DNA of 63,942 nt, counting the filler, from Malassezia furfur (taxonomy: Eukaryota), in assembly GCA_052055015.1 (NCBI GenBank). It is 3 parts of 3 records of this genome, joined end to end, with 100 filler letters (N's around TTAATTAATTAA, not from the genome) between each part and the next. Parts side by side here need not be neighbours in the genome. Positions count along the whole stretch, not along the records: positions 23,833 to 47,551 come from JBQJIT010000149.1; 2 more parts are not named here. One strand, given 5' to 3'. The notes below the pieces were generated by a model that was not told where the DNA came from, ran no database searches, and was given only the letters and a program-made list of their open reading frames with translations. The position numbers were made by a program, and so were the translations under genes. Positions 35,438 to 45,816 of the stretch are shown piece after piece (position 1 is the stretch's first letter; the number at the start of each line of letters is the position of its first letter).

Positions 35438-37107
35438 ATGGCCGACCTCACGTCGTTGCTGGGCGCGCAGCGCGGCACGGACGATGCGTCCAGCCATGAA
35501 ATTCACGCAGACAATGACCAGTGGGCGGAATCTCTTCGCGTGGCCGAGTCGTATAATGCCGAGAAGCCGTCCACATGGGACGCAGAGCCCAACCCGCTCG
35601 CGGCACCACGCGTGTCGCTCGCGGTGAGCACAGACTTGAAACAGTGGAACTACCGCTACATGTTTGAAAAGAAAGGCGAGCGCAGCCTTGGTACGTGATA
35701 AGCTCATGCAGAACTGGACAACCGCCTGGACGACATGGGCGAGGTCATCCGGCAGTCGTTTGCACTGCCGACCGAGCTAGAAGATCCATCCATTCCGTCG
35801 CAGGACAGCATCTACTCAGTGGGTCGAATCTGCGCACGAATCGACCCACAGTCCAAGCAGGCGGGCGCGTCAGACCGCCTGACTCAGGCGGACTTGATGC
35901 TTGAGACGAGTCGCATGGTCGGAAATGGCCAGCGCGTGCCGCTGGCGCTGGATCCGTCGTGCCAGGTACGCTACGCGTGGGCCGATAGTGCCGCCCAAAG
36001 CGCCAGTGTTGTGGGTCTCTTCCCAGGGATGATTGTCGGCGTGAAGGGCCGGAATGGCAGCGGGAACCGGTTCGTGGCCGAGGAACTCTTGATGGTGCGT
36101 CCCAATGCCTAATGCAGCCGCCGGCCTTGCCGCATCCAGCAACGAGCCGCTCGGAAATGGCGCACCATCAGTACGACGAGGCGCGTCTGGGAGGTCAGCC
36201 GCTCCGTGTTGTGGCAGCCTCTGGCCCGTATACGGATGACAGCGATCTACTCTTCAAGCCGTGGCACGCGTTTATGACGCACATCGAGAGTGCCCAACCG
36301 GATGTTCTAGTGCTGGTACGTGGTATACTTACCTAGATGGGTCCGTTTGTGCCTGCGTCGCACCCCAAGATTGTGGCAGGCGACATTGACGAGGTGCCTA
36401 CCGCCATCTTCAAGCGGCACATCTCGCAGCGTGTTTCGCGCCTGATGGAACGTGCACCCGGCACAATGGTCATCCTTGTGCCAAGCACCGAGGACATGTT
36501 CCATGCGCATCTTGCGTACCCCCAGCCGTTCCTCGACAAGAGCAATCCTGCGCTCGGCCTGCCGAAGCGCGTGCGCTGCTTGCCGAACCCCAGCGTGTTT
36601 TATATCAACGAGCTGGCGATCGGCGTTAGTACGGCCGACGTGCTCGGTGATTTGCGGCGTGAGGAGCTCGTGCAGCGAGTACAACCCGGCGCAGACAGCA
36701 AGGGGAGCGCGTCGTCGAGTGATGCGCGTGACCCGATGATGCGCCTTGCCCGGCATGTGCTGGCGCAGCGCAGCTTTTACCCCATCTTCCCCCCGTCGTC
36801 GGCATCCATGCTGCCGCTCGATCTATCGCATTCGCGGCTCTGCACGCTGGACCAGGTGACGCCCGATTTACTGCTTCTGCCCTCGCCGAAGACGAAGCCG
36901 TTTTTGCGCGTGGTCGACTCGACGATGGTGGTCAATCCCGGGGCGTTGGCCCCCACGCAGCCGGCGCAGGCGCCCGGTGCATTTATGCGGATGCAGGTCG
37001 ACGCCCTGCCGCGTGAAGCCCTTTTCCGTGGCGACGACGCCGACCAGGAGCTCGTCACGCACGAGCTGTACGCGCGCGCGCGCTTAGACCTCGTGCACAC
37101 CTTGTAG
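35438..37107 (+). CDS. POL12: DNA polymerase alpha subunit B (3 introns: 35691-35711, 36095-36117, 36316-36336)
   Basis: YRYMFEK, SQ..I..VGRIC, LETSR..G.GQRV.L, LFPG.IV..KGRN..G..F, ASGPYT..DL...P, PDVLVL|MGPF, LPNP..F.IN, QRSFYP.FP, PD.L.LPS, NPG. Confidence 0.92.
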
Positions 37108-37171
37108 CTACACGCCGTTGAACATATCATTGGATTATGGGAAAGAATACAAAGGATGGGGGACGGCACAC

Positions 37172-38792
37172 CTACTCGTCCTTGTGTGCCTTCTTCTTCT
37201 TCTTCTTGGCCTCGCCTTCGTCGCCGTCGAGGTCGTCCGCGGACCGCTTGGACTTCTTGTCCTTCTTGTCCTTCTTGTCCTTCTTCTCTTTTTTGTCCTT
37301 CTTTTCCTTCTTGTCCTTCTTTTCCTTCTTCGGCGTAGACTCCTCCTCGTCGGCCTCGTCGTCGGCCACACCCGTGACGATCGGCGGCGCATCCGCACCC
37401 ACGTTGTAGCTCCGGCCGTTTTCTTGCGGGACGTACGCCTTCTGCTTGTACCCGCCGTCGACACCGCGCGCTGCGCGCACACCGGCGGCCGCGGTGCGGT
37501 TCTCGAAGCCACGCGCGCGCGACTCGAGCTTGATGCGCTCCTCCGAGCCGACGGTCGCGCCCATCGTGTCCGACGGCGACTCGGGGTCGGTGAGCGCGTC
37601 GATGCGGACAGAGAGCGCGGCCTTGGTGGCGACCATACGCGCCATCTTGCCCTTCGTCTTGGGCGGCGCCATGCCGACCAGGCTCGAGTGGTACAGCAGA
37701 CCGTACTTAGGCGTGTCGTGCTTGGTCTTGAGCGCACGGAACAGCGCCTTTTCGGCACCCAAAAGCTGGATTGTACTCGCGGGCAGCTTGGCGAGGTTCA
37801 GCAGAGAGCCCGCGTGCGAAATCAGCCGCGCGCCGACCAGCTCGCCGACGAGCGCCGACAGGTTCGGCGCAATGGCCGTCATGCGGTTGCAAAGGTACGA
37901 GTAGAGCTGCGCACGATACTCGCTGATCGCAATCACCTGGTCACACAGGCTCCAGATGTGCTCCATATCGGACTCGCTGATCTCCGTACCCATGGAAATC
38001 TCGGCGGCCGCCTTGAGCGTCTGCTCAATCTCCTCGGGAAGGATCTCGGACAGGTCCGAGGCCGAGGTGTTGGTGCGGAAACCGACGGCACGGATCACCT
38101 TAGCATACGCAATGTTGTCCGTGATGATCTTGCCCATCTCCGGGAAGTGCCAGCCGTACCACTCCTTCACGCGCATGGCGTAAATGTTCAGCTCCTTGTC
38201 GAGGTCGTCCAGAAGCGCAATCGCCTGCACGACCATGGTATCCACTTTATCGGGGCTGAACTTGAGCTTGTAGCGACTCAGGCTGTGGGCCAGACCGAGC
38301 GACATGGTGCTCAGGTCGCGCGGGTCGAGCGAACCCTCGTCCGAGACGCCGCTGCCCAGGAGAGAAGCGAGGTTCTCGCGAATGCCACGGTACAGGTCCA
38401 TCAGACTCGAGTCGGACGCGACCTGGATGCCGAGCTTCTTCGTTATGGCCGACGCTGTGTGAGCGGGAAAGCAACGTACCCAGCTTGGGCTCCGACACGA
38501 GCAGCTTCTCGGTCGAGGCGCCCTTGGCGCCCGCCGAACCGCCCTTTTCAAGGATCTCGCGCTGCAGGAACTTCTTCAGGTCCTTGCTGAGCTTGCCCTC
38601 GTTGATCGCCGTCGCGCCCTCGACGGCTTCCACCGTGCTCTGGAAGCGATGGATCGCCGAGAGCTGGAGCAGACGGTTCGCCTCGCTCTCGCTCTCAAAG
38701 CTTTTGTAAAGGTCCGGTGAGTTCACCTTGCCCTCATCGGAAAGCGAAAAAAGGCAGTAGCCCACGGCGGTCTCGAACAAGACGAGCACCAT
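37172..38792 (-). CDS. NOP58: Box C/D snoRNP core protein Nop58 (1 intron)
   Basis: [76 protein letters not shown] tail. Confidence 0.97.
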
Positions 38793-38943
38793 TCCTTTTC
38801 TGGCACCGTCTTCACGTCAGCCGTGAAAATCCAGACGGTACACGGCGGCCACAAAATTTCTTGCCCGCGCGCTCGGCCGGGAGATCACGTGGTCCAGCAC
38901 CACAGCGGGACCGGTCGCGCGAGGCGGCCCGTGCATCTCAACC

Positions 38944-39548
38944 ATGCAGCCTGTTCGCTCGTCGCTCGCTCGTGCCGCTCCTGTTGCCGCACGCATCGTT
39001 ACGCGCACGCCGGTCGCCAGCACGGCCCGCGTTGCTGTGGCTGGTGTGCCGCGTGCGCACGTGCGCCCTATGTCAACGACGCCCGTGCTGGGCAAAGAAG
39101 ACCGCTCGTGGGTCGACAAGGGCCCGATCAGCTACTCCGAGCTCGAGCCGTACACGGACCACCCGGATGGCGTACGTTGCATGCCTAACTGACCAAGTCT
39201 ATTGACATTATTGACGTGCGCGAGCCCAATGAGGTTGCACAGGGCTGCATCCCTGCCTCGGTTAACGTGCCGCTTTCCGAGTTTTCTGAAGCTTTTGATG
39301 TGAACAGCGACTCGGTCTCGTCGTCCGAGTTCCAGCGTCGCTTCTCGTTCCCGCGCCCCACGTATGACCACAAAATCGTGTTCTACTGCCGCTCGGGCAA
39401 GCGCAGCGACGAGGCCCTCCAGATCGCACGCCAGCGTGGCTGGTGGAAGTACGTCTCTATACACTAACACAGCACGCGCAACTACCCTGGCTCGTGGCTC
39501 GACTGGGTGGACCGCAAAAAGAAGAAGGCGCAGGAGGATGACGATTAA
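38944..39548 (+). CDS. Mitochondrial single-domain rhodanese/sulfurtransferase (Rdl1/Rdl2-like), 2 introns
   Basis: Arg-rich presequence, IIDVREP.E...G.IP.S.N.P, VFYCRSGKRS active-site loop, NY.GSW.DW. Confidence 0.88.
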
Positions 39549-39605
39549 TTTTTGCTTTATACAAGTACATTGTTCCGCAGAATCCAAAAGTGTCTATCTA
39601 CACAC

Positions 39606-40964
39606 CTAGGCAGAGTCAAGCCACAACCGGAACCCATCGTCGGTGAGCTCGGCGCGAAGACCGTCGAGGTGCTCGGGCAGAGGAATCGTGTCGGTGTCGT
39701 CCAGCTTAATCTTGGACGCGTCCAGCTCATTCGTGGTCTGCACATCCACAACCGGCACAACGACCTCTTCACCATTCTCATCCACATCGCTCACACGCGC
39801 AGAGCGTGGCGAACGAGGCGGCGAGTGGACGCGCTCCGGTGCTTGCATCTTCCAGAGCCCACCGATCTTAATTGAGCCACCGTTGGCACGGCTGGCCTCG
39901 ACCGTGATCGAGTTGGCGTTCACAAGCTTGCGGATTTCGCGACCATACTCGGTGTCATTGCTGGGGAAGTCGCGAGAGAAGAGAAGGACAGGGTCGGCGT
40001 TGGCAGAGGGAGCGTCAGCGACCGGCGCGGACGCTTCAAGCGAAGCAGTTTCGGTGGGCGCCGGCGCGTTCTCGCTCTCCGGCTCCGATGCAGGCGTAGT
40101 GATCGCATCGGCCAAGGCCTGGCATGCCTGAGCGACGGCCTCGTTGTGCTCGTCGTCGCTCGCATCAGGCGACTCGATCTGCTGCTCTGGCTCTTGCACC
40201 TCCTCGTCGGGACGGTCGTGGGCACTCAGCTTGGCAAGCGCCACAGCGACCTCCTCCTCGACCTTGTCCTCCGCATCGTTGCCCGAGGTCAGAGGGGCGA
40301 GTGCCGTCGTCTCAGTCTCTTCCGTCTCCTCGTTGTGGTCGTTCGCATCTTCTTGCGCATCCGAGTACTCTTCCTCCTCGTCGTTCTCGACAATGCGCAG
40401 CAGCAGGTCACCGATGCGCACGTAGCGCACCTTGTCCTGCTGTGTCTGCGCCTGTGCTTGCACCTGGGCGAGGCGCTTCTGCTCCGCACAGCGCTGGGCC
40501 TGTTGCCGCAGCGCGAGTTGCTGTGCGTGGGCGATGCGCTGCGCCTCTTCGGCACGCGCCGCCTCCCAGAGGGCCTGGCGGATTTGGGCCGCGTGCATCT
40601 TGGCAAGGTGGCGCTTGCGGGCGGCCTCGGCACGTCGGCGCTCGGCAGCTTCTTGACGACGTGCCTCGGCGAGGGCGGCCTTCTTGGCCTCAATCACGCG
40701 GCGACGCTGCTCGCGGCGTTGGTTCTCGACTTCTTCGATCGCGAGCTGCTGGACAAGCTCGGCGAATGCGCGCTGTTCCTTGCGCTTGAGTACTTGCTGG
40801 CGATGAGCAGAGCGCGCACGCTCTTCGTATCCATCGTCCAGCTCCACATGGACGGTGTCCCAGACCTGCGGAACGAGTGCGCTGCCACACACGTTGCCGC
40901 TGAAGCGCGGCTGCGAGGGCGCGGCTTGCATGTAGAAAGCAGGTGCTTCAAAGAGGAAAGACAT
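39606..40964 (-). CDS. Hypothetical protein: coiled-coil + acidic linker + putative divergent alpha-crystallin/HSP20-like C-terminal domain
   Basis: Single-exon ORF from ATG 40964 (MSFLFEAP) with genome-typical codon usage. E/R/Q/A-rich helical region; C-terminal ITVE.....IKIGG...IPLP..LD.LRAELTDDGFRLWL pattern. Confidence 0.65.
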   Translation of the reverse strand: MSFLFEAPAFYMQAAPSQPRFSGNVCGSALVPQVWDTVHVELDDGYEERARSAHRQQVLKRKEQRAFAELVQQLAIEEVENQRREQRRRVIEAKKAALAEARRQEAAERRRAEAARKRHLAKMHAAQIRQALWEAARAEEAQRIAHAQQLALRQQAQRCAEQKRLAQVQAQAQTQQDKVRYVRIGDLLLRIVENDEEEEYSDAQEDANDHNEETEETETTALAPLTSGNDAEDKVEEEVAVALAKLSAHDRPDEEVQEPEQQIESPDASDDEHNEAVAQACQALADAITTPASEPESENAPAPTETASLEASAPVADAPSANADPVLLFSRDFPSNDTEYGREIRKLVNANSITVEASRANGGSIKIGGLWKMQAPERVHSPPRSPRSARVSDVDENGEEVVVPVVDVQTTNELDASKIKLDDTDTIPLPEHLDGLRAELTDDGFRLWLDSA

Positions 40965-41054
40965 TGCTGTGGGGTTATGCCGTGGCGTGCGCCCACCTTT
41001 TATGGGCGGCGCCGCGCGTCCCTGCGCACTGGCCACACGCGCGACCGCCACCGC

Positions 41055-41090
41055 GAAGCTTCTCCGCGTTTCCGGTATGTCACGTGACAT
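41055..41090. promoter_or_regulatory. Candidate gap-type heat-shock element plus palindromic E-box (ATGTCACGTGACAT)
   Basis: GAAgcTTC-N7-TTC at 41055-41072 and a perfect 14-bp palindrome at 41077-41090, in the divergent promoter between the HSP20-like ORF and PSD1. Confidence 0.4.
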
Positions 41091-41133
41091 AATCTGGAGC
41101 TGGCGGCGCGCCGGCGGCGAAACGTCTCGAACC

Positions 41134-42884
41134 ATGTGGGTGGTGACGAACGTGGTGGTGCGCGCGTCGCGCGCAGCGACGCGTCGCTTCACGGTGGTCC
41201 CTGGCGGGGCGCCCGATGGAGGCATTGGAAGCCCACGTCGGCGCCGCCCTGCGCCAACGGGGGCACGTGCGTACACGCGCGACCCCCGCGAAGCCGAGCG
41301 GCTCGCCGGCACCGTGGCTGGGCACCGCGCGGAGCGCGCGCGGCGCGAGCGCCTGCAGCGGGAAGCCGATCCGGTGCACTCGCGCCGTCGTCGTGGCTCC
41401 AAGTTCTCACGCGCGTGGCGCGTCTGGAATGAGACGCCGCTCAAGTGGACGCCGCTCCCCGTGTTGTTGGGCGCGATTGTGCTGGTGGGCGTCCAGGCGC
41501 ACCGCCAGTGGGAGCACAACCACCGGCTTGAGCCGGTGGTCGATGCATCTGGTGAGCCCGTGCGTACGCGCGGGCCGTGGTCGGTACGTGAGCCATCGAC
41601 ACTCCTCTAACGCAGCTCTACGTCCTCGGTGCACTGCCGCTCAACTCGATCAGCCGCTCGTGGGGCTGGATGAACAGCCATACGCTGCCCGTGTGGTTCC
41701 GTCCGTACGGTTTCAAGCTGTACTCGTGGGTGTTTGGGTGCAACCTGGACGAGATGCTTGACCCGGACCTGACCCACTACGAGAGCCTCGGCCAGTTCTT
41801 CTCGCGCGAGCTCAAGCCGGGCGTGCGTCCGCTGGCCGACTCACTGGTTGTGTCGCCGTGTGACGGCACCGTGCTACACCTTGGCGAAATCGAGGGCAAC
41901 CGCGTGGAGCAGGTCAAGGGCATTACCTACTCGCTCGACTCGCTGCTCGGCTTCAACAAGCGCGCACACACGCACGAGCATGTGCCCGGCCGGGAAGAGC
42001 ACGAGTACTGTACGGCGGACGAGCAGCAGTTTGCATCGCTGAACGGCATCGACTACAGTCTGGGCGACCTGCTCGGTGACCAGACCAAGCAGCGCAAATC
42101 TGTGCGCAACTACCTGCTGGGCTGGGCCAAGGGTTCGTGGCGGTATGTGCGGCAGACGGCCTCGTCGCTGCGCCCGTGGGGCTCGTCGCGCGCTGGGAAT
42201 GCCACTACCCCAGCGGGCCTGGACGAAGAGGCGGACCCCGGCGATGCGGGTATCCCCACTTCGGACACGCCCGAGAACCTGCAGCACATGGCCAACGTCG
42301 CGTACGAGTTGGGTTCCGAGGCGATCCCGACGTTTATGCACGAGCAGGCCATCTCTCCCGAGAAGCTTCGTCCCGGTCACCGCCTCTTCTTTTGCGTGAT
42401 CTACTTGGCGCCCGGCGACTACCACCGCTTCCACTCGCCCGTGCCGTGGGTGGTGGAGATGCGGCGGCATTTCCGTGGCGAGCTGTACTCGGTGTCGCCG
42501 TACGTGGCGCGGCGCCTGCCCAACCTTTTCTTGCTGAACGAGCGTGTGGCGCTGCTGGGTCGCTGGCGGTACGGGTTCTTTAGCATGACGCCCATCGGCG
42601 CGACCAACGTCGGATCGATCCGCATCAACTTTGACCGCAATTTGCGCACCAACGTGCGTGGACAGCGCAAGCTCACGGGGACGTACTCGGAGGCGACGTA
42701 CAATGCTGCGAGTCGGATCCTGGACGGACAGCCGCTGACGACGGGCGAAGAGGTCGGTGGCTTCTTGCTGGGCAGCACGATTGTGCTTGTGTTTGAGGCA
42801 CCCGAGTCGTTCCACTTTGGGTCGAAGCCCGGCGACAAGGTGAAGATGGGTCAGGCCCTCGGTGATCTCGGGAAGACGGCGTAG
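41134..42884 (+). CDS. PSD1: Mitochondrial phosphatidylserine decarboxylase 1 (1 intron)
   Basis: Presequence and a transmembrane segment, LPLNSISRSWG, FF.R.LKPG.RP, SPCDG, QVKG.TYSL, VIYLAPGDYHRFHSP, GATNVGSI, GF.LGSTIVL (LGST self-cleavage site). Confidence 0.95.
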
Positions 42885-43019
42885 CGGAATCGAAAAGCAA
42901 TTACATGATAGATGGAAATGGTACAGAATGCGTCTAGCAGCCGGATCCGCGGTGCGGCGCGGCCTGCTTCCGCAGCGGAGCGGCGCGGCCCGCGTCTACA
43001 GGGGTAGGGGGCAGTGTCA

Positions 43020-45770
43020 TTACATTTGAGCGAGCGTATCGTGCACACGGTCGCGCACGTTGGGGTCCGAGTCGTTCTCCAGCGCGCTGAGCCGCTTGTC
43101 GAAGCCAAACGCGCGCAGGCGCGCAACGGCGCGGCGCCACTCGTCGTCCACACCCGCGTCCTTTGCCGAGGCCGTGACGGGGTGCGTGAGGTTGTAGCCG
43201 CACCGGACCCCCGCCTCGCGCACGGCGTCGCGCGGGTGCTCTAGGAAGGAGCAGAGTGCGTCGAGGATGTTGGGCCGGTCGGTGATCAGCGCACGGTGGC
43301 GCTGCGAGCCCGAGGCAAGGTTGGCGAGGATGAACGCCGCCTGCTCGGTGGCCGCGTCGTTCTGCAGCGACCAGACCGCGTCTTCGATCACGGTGAACAG
43401 GCGGTCCTCGCCAAAGTGCCCCAGGGTCATGTCGATGTCCACCGCGGCGGTGTCGGCGTGGCGCGACGAAGTCAGATTGCGCACAATGCCGAGCGCCTGC
43501 TCCTGGATGCACGCGTCCGGCGATGCGGTCATCTCTGCAAGGTAGTCCCAGCCGAACTCGCGCATGATCTGCTCCTTGAGCGGCGTCTCGGTGTCCCACA
43601 CGGCGTTCTTGATCGCCCAGAGCGCGTTGAGGCGCACGCCGCCGTGTACGCTGCGCGCGTACCGCGCAAGCGTCGTGATCCCGCCGTGCTCCAGCAGGAA
43701 CGGCTTCATCGGGCTGAACTTGACGAGCATGTTGCACACGGCGGCAAGGGCCTCGGCGTGGATAAACGCATGGGCGTCGTCGTGGAGCAGCGCCAGCATG
43801 CGCTCGGCGACGCCCGCATCCAGCAGGCTCGTGCGCAGCAGACCAATCGTGCGGCTCAGTACGCGGATCAGACGGCACGCGGCGATCTGCACACCGACCG
43901 CGCACGACGACAGCGCCGGCAGCAACACAGTGCTCAGGAACGACGGCACACACTCGACGGTGCGGCGGCGCACCGCGTCGCTCTGCACCGCGAGCGCCGC
44001 AAGCGCGGTCAGACCGGCCTCTTGCAGGCGCAGCGCCAGCTCGTCGTCGTTGAGTACGGCCGCGCGCCCACTCGGCGTGATATGCGGGCCGAGGCGCTCT
44101 TGCACGTGGACGAGCAGCGCCCCGAGGTGTTCGCATGCACCGTAGCGCTCGACTGCAAGCGCCTGCAGCTCGGCGCGTTCGTGCACGAGGCGTGCAAGCG
44201 TAAAGCACGCTTGAATCTGGACGACGCCGTGCGCATCAAGCATCCCCATCACGCCGTGCACCAGCTGGGTGCCCGACATGGGCGGCGACGGCGCATCGAG
44301 AAGCTCGACGAGGCAGCTATACGCGACGAGGCGCAAGCTCCGCGTGCGTGCATGGTGTGCGTGCATCTGCAAGACGCGCGCAAACAGCGTGCCGCGCGGC
44401 GAGTACAGCGCAAGCAACGCCGGGACGCCCGTGTCGGGGCACGACGCCAGCAGCTCGTGCAAAAGCCACAGCGCGGCTTCCTGGACGCGCGCGCTGGACA
44501 ACTCGGCGGCACCGAGCAGGGCGACCAGCGCCGTGTAGCCCGGGGTGTCGAGGGGCGACGAGGCCGTCGTGTCATGCGGCACAAACGGGTTGTCCCATGC
44601 GGCAAAGTGCAAGAAGGCGTCGTAGCGCCGCGCGATTTCGTCGCCGTGTGACGCATTCGTGGGGCGCGCGGGTGCCGCAAGGCGCGCAAACCGCAGCCGC
44701 GCACCTGCGGGCGAGCTGGGATAGTTCTCGATGCCGTACACAGTCACACATGCGCCAAGCAGCTCGCACACGGTCTCGAGCACGCTCAGTGCTTGTGCGC
44801 GACCGAGCAGCGGCGTAGGCGGCGCGGCGGGCCGCGCCAGCGACGGTGTCGAGGCCGACATCGGGGTGGTGGCGTCGCTTTGCGCCGAGGAGGTCGGCGT
44901 CGCGCCGCTCCGCAGCGTGTCGTTCGCCAGGACGAGCGCGCCGAGGAGCAGATGCAGACTCTTTTGGTCGAACAGCGTCGACACGGCCGAGCGCGAAAGC
45001 CAGTTGAGTGTCGCGTATGCATCGCACGACGCAAGCGCATCTGCCTCGTCGAGCGATGCACACATCGCGAGGTACTCGGCGTAGTTCGCGCCAGGCGGCG
45101 GCGAACGCGCGGCGTGCGGTACGTCCTTGGTGGTCTTCACCACCTTGGCGTTGCGCTCGTCGGTGGCGTGTGCATGCCGCTCGGCCCACATGGACGCAGG
45201 CACGGAGGCCATCCACCGCGCTGCAATCGTGCGCCGCGCGTCGGCGGCCGAGGGCCCTGCGCCCTGCAGCGCCTGTGCCGCTTCGTCGCGCGCCGACGAT
45301 GGCTGCGCGTCGCCGCGCTCGAAGCCATCTATTGTCGCGGCACCCCACTCGCTGCCGATGCCGAGGCGCGGCGAGTGCCCAATCTGCTCGGCGACCGAGC
45401 ACATTACCGCCCGCAGCGCGCGCACCACCGCTTCGAGCAGGCGCGCGAGGCGGGCGGCGGTGGCGTGCGTCGGAGCGCGGCGCACCTCAGCGGCACACGC
45501 GCCGAGGCACAGCAGGAGCAGGAACGGCACGTCACAGTGCAGCAGAGCGAGCAGTGTTGCGGGCACGGCGTGCTGCGCGACGCTGCCGAGGATGTGCGCC
45601 GCGAGGATCCGCTCGTCCGTCGCCACCTCGGGCGCGACGAGCAGTGCGGCGATCGGCGCGAGCCGCCCGTCGCGCGCGAGCTGTGCCTTGGCCGCGCGGC
45701 TGCCTATAATCTCGTTCATGATCTGGCGCAACGCCGCAGCGTCGCTTGTGGGCGCTGTCGTGCCCGCCAT
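43020..45770 (-). CDS. Armadillo-repeat protein ARMC8/Vid28 (GID/CTLH E3 ligase subunit)
   Basis: LR.I.N.IIG....K, R.LSR....LRTSL.D, A..CN....FSPMK, RLNALWA.KN, QEQAL..VRNL, LAN.A.G. Confidence 0.8.
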   Translation of the reverse strand: MAGTTAPTSDAAALRQIMNEIIGSRAAKAQLARDGRLAPIAALLVAPEVATDERILAAHILGSVAQHAVPATLLALLHCDVPFLLLLCLGACAAEVRRAPTHATAARLARLLEAVVRALRAVMCSVAEQIGHSPRLGIGSEWGAATIDGFERGDAQPSSARDEAAQALQGAGPSAADARRTIAARWMASVPASMWAERHAHATDERNAKVVKTTKDVPHAARSPPPGANYAEYLAMCASLDEADALASCDAYATLNWLSRSAVSTLFDQKSLHLLLGALVLANDTLRSGATPTSSAQSDATTPMSASTPSLARPAAPPTPLLGRAQALSVLETVCELLGACVTVYGIENYPSSPAGARLRFARLAAPARPTNASHGDEIARRYDAFLHFAAWDNPFVPHDTTASSPLDTPGYTALVALLGAAELSSARVQEAALWLLHELLASCPDTGVPALLALYSPRGTLFARVLQMHAHHARTRSLRLVAYSCLVELLDAPSPPMSGTQLVHGVMGMLDAHGVVQIQACFTLARLVHERAELQALAVERYGACEHLGALLVHVQERLGPHITPSGRAAVLNDDELALRLQEAGLTALAALAVQSDAVRRRTVECVPSFLSTVLLPALSSCAVGVQIAACRLIRVLSRTIGLLRTSLLDAGVAERMLALLHDDAHAFIHAEALAAVCNMLVKFSPMKPFLLEHGGITTLARYARSVHGGVRLNALWAIKNAVWDTETPLKEQIMREFGWDYLAEMTASPDACIQEQALGIVRNLTSSRHADTAAVDIDMTLGHFGEDRLFTVIEDAVWSLQNDAATEQAAFILANLASGSQRHRALITDRPNILDALCSFLEHPRDAVREAGVRCGYNLTHPVTASAKDAGVDDEWRRAVARLRAFGFDKRLSALENDSDPNVRDRVHDTLAQM

Positions 45771-45816
45771 GGCGTCGAACAAGCAGAGGGGCGCACGTGA
45801 CGTGTCGACGACGACG

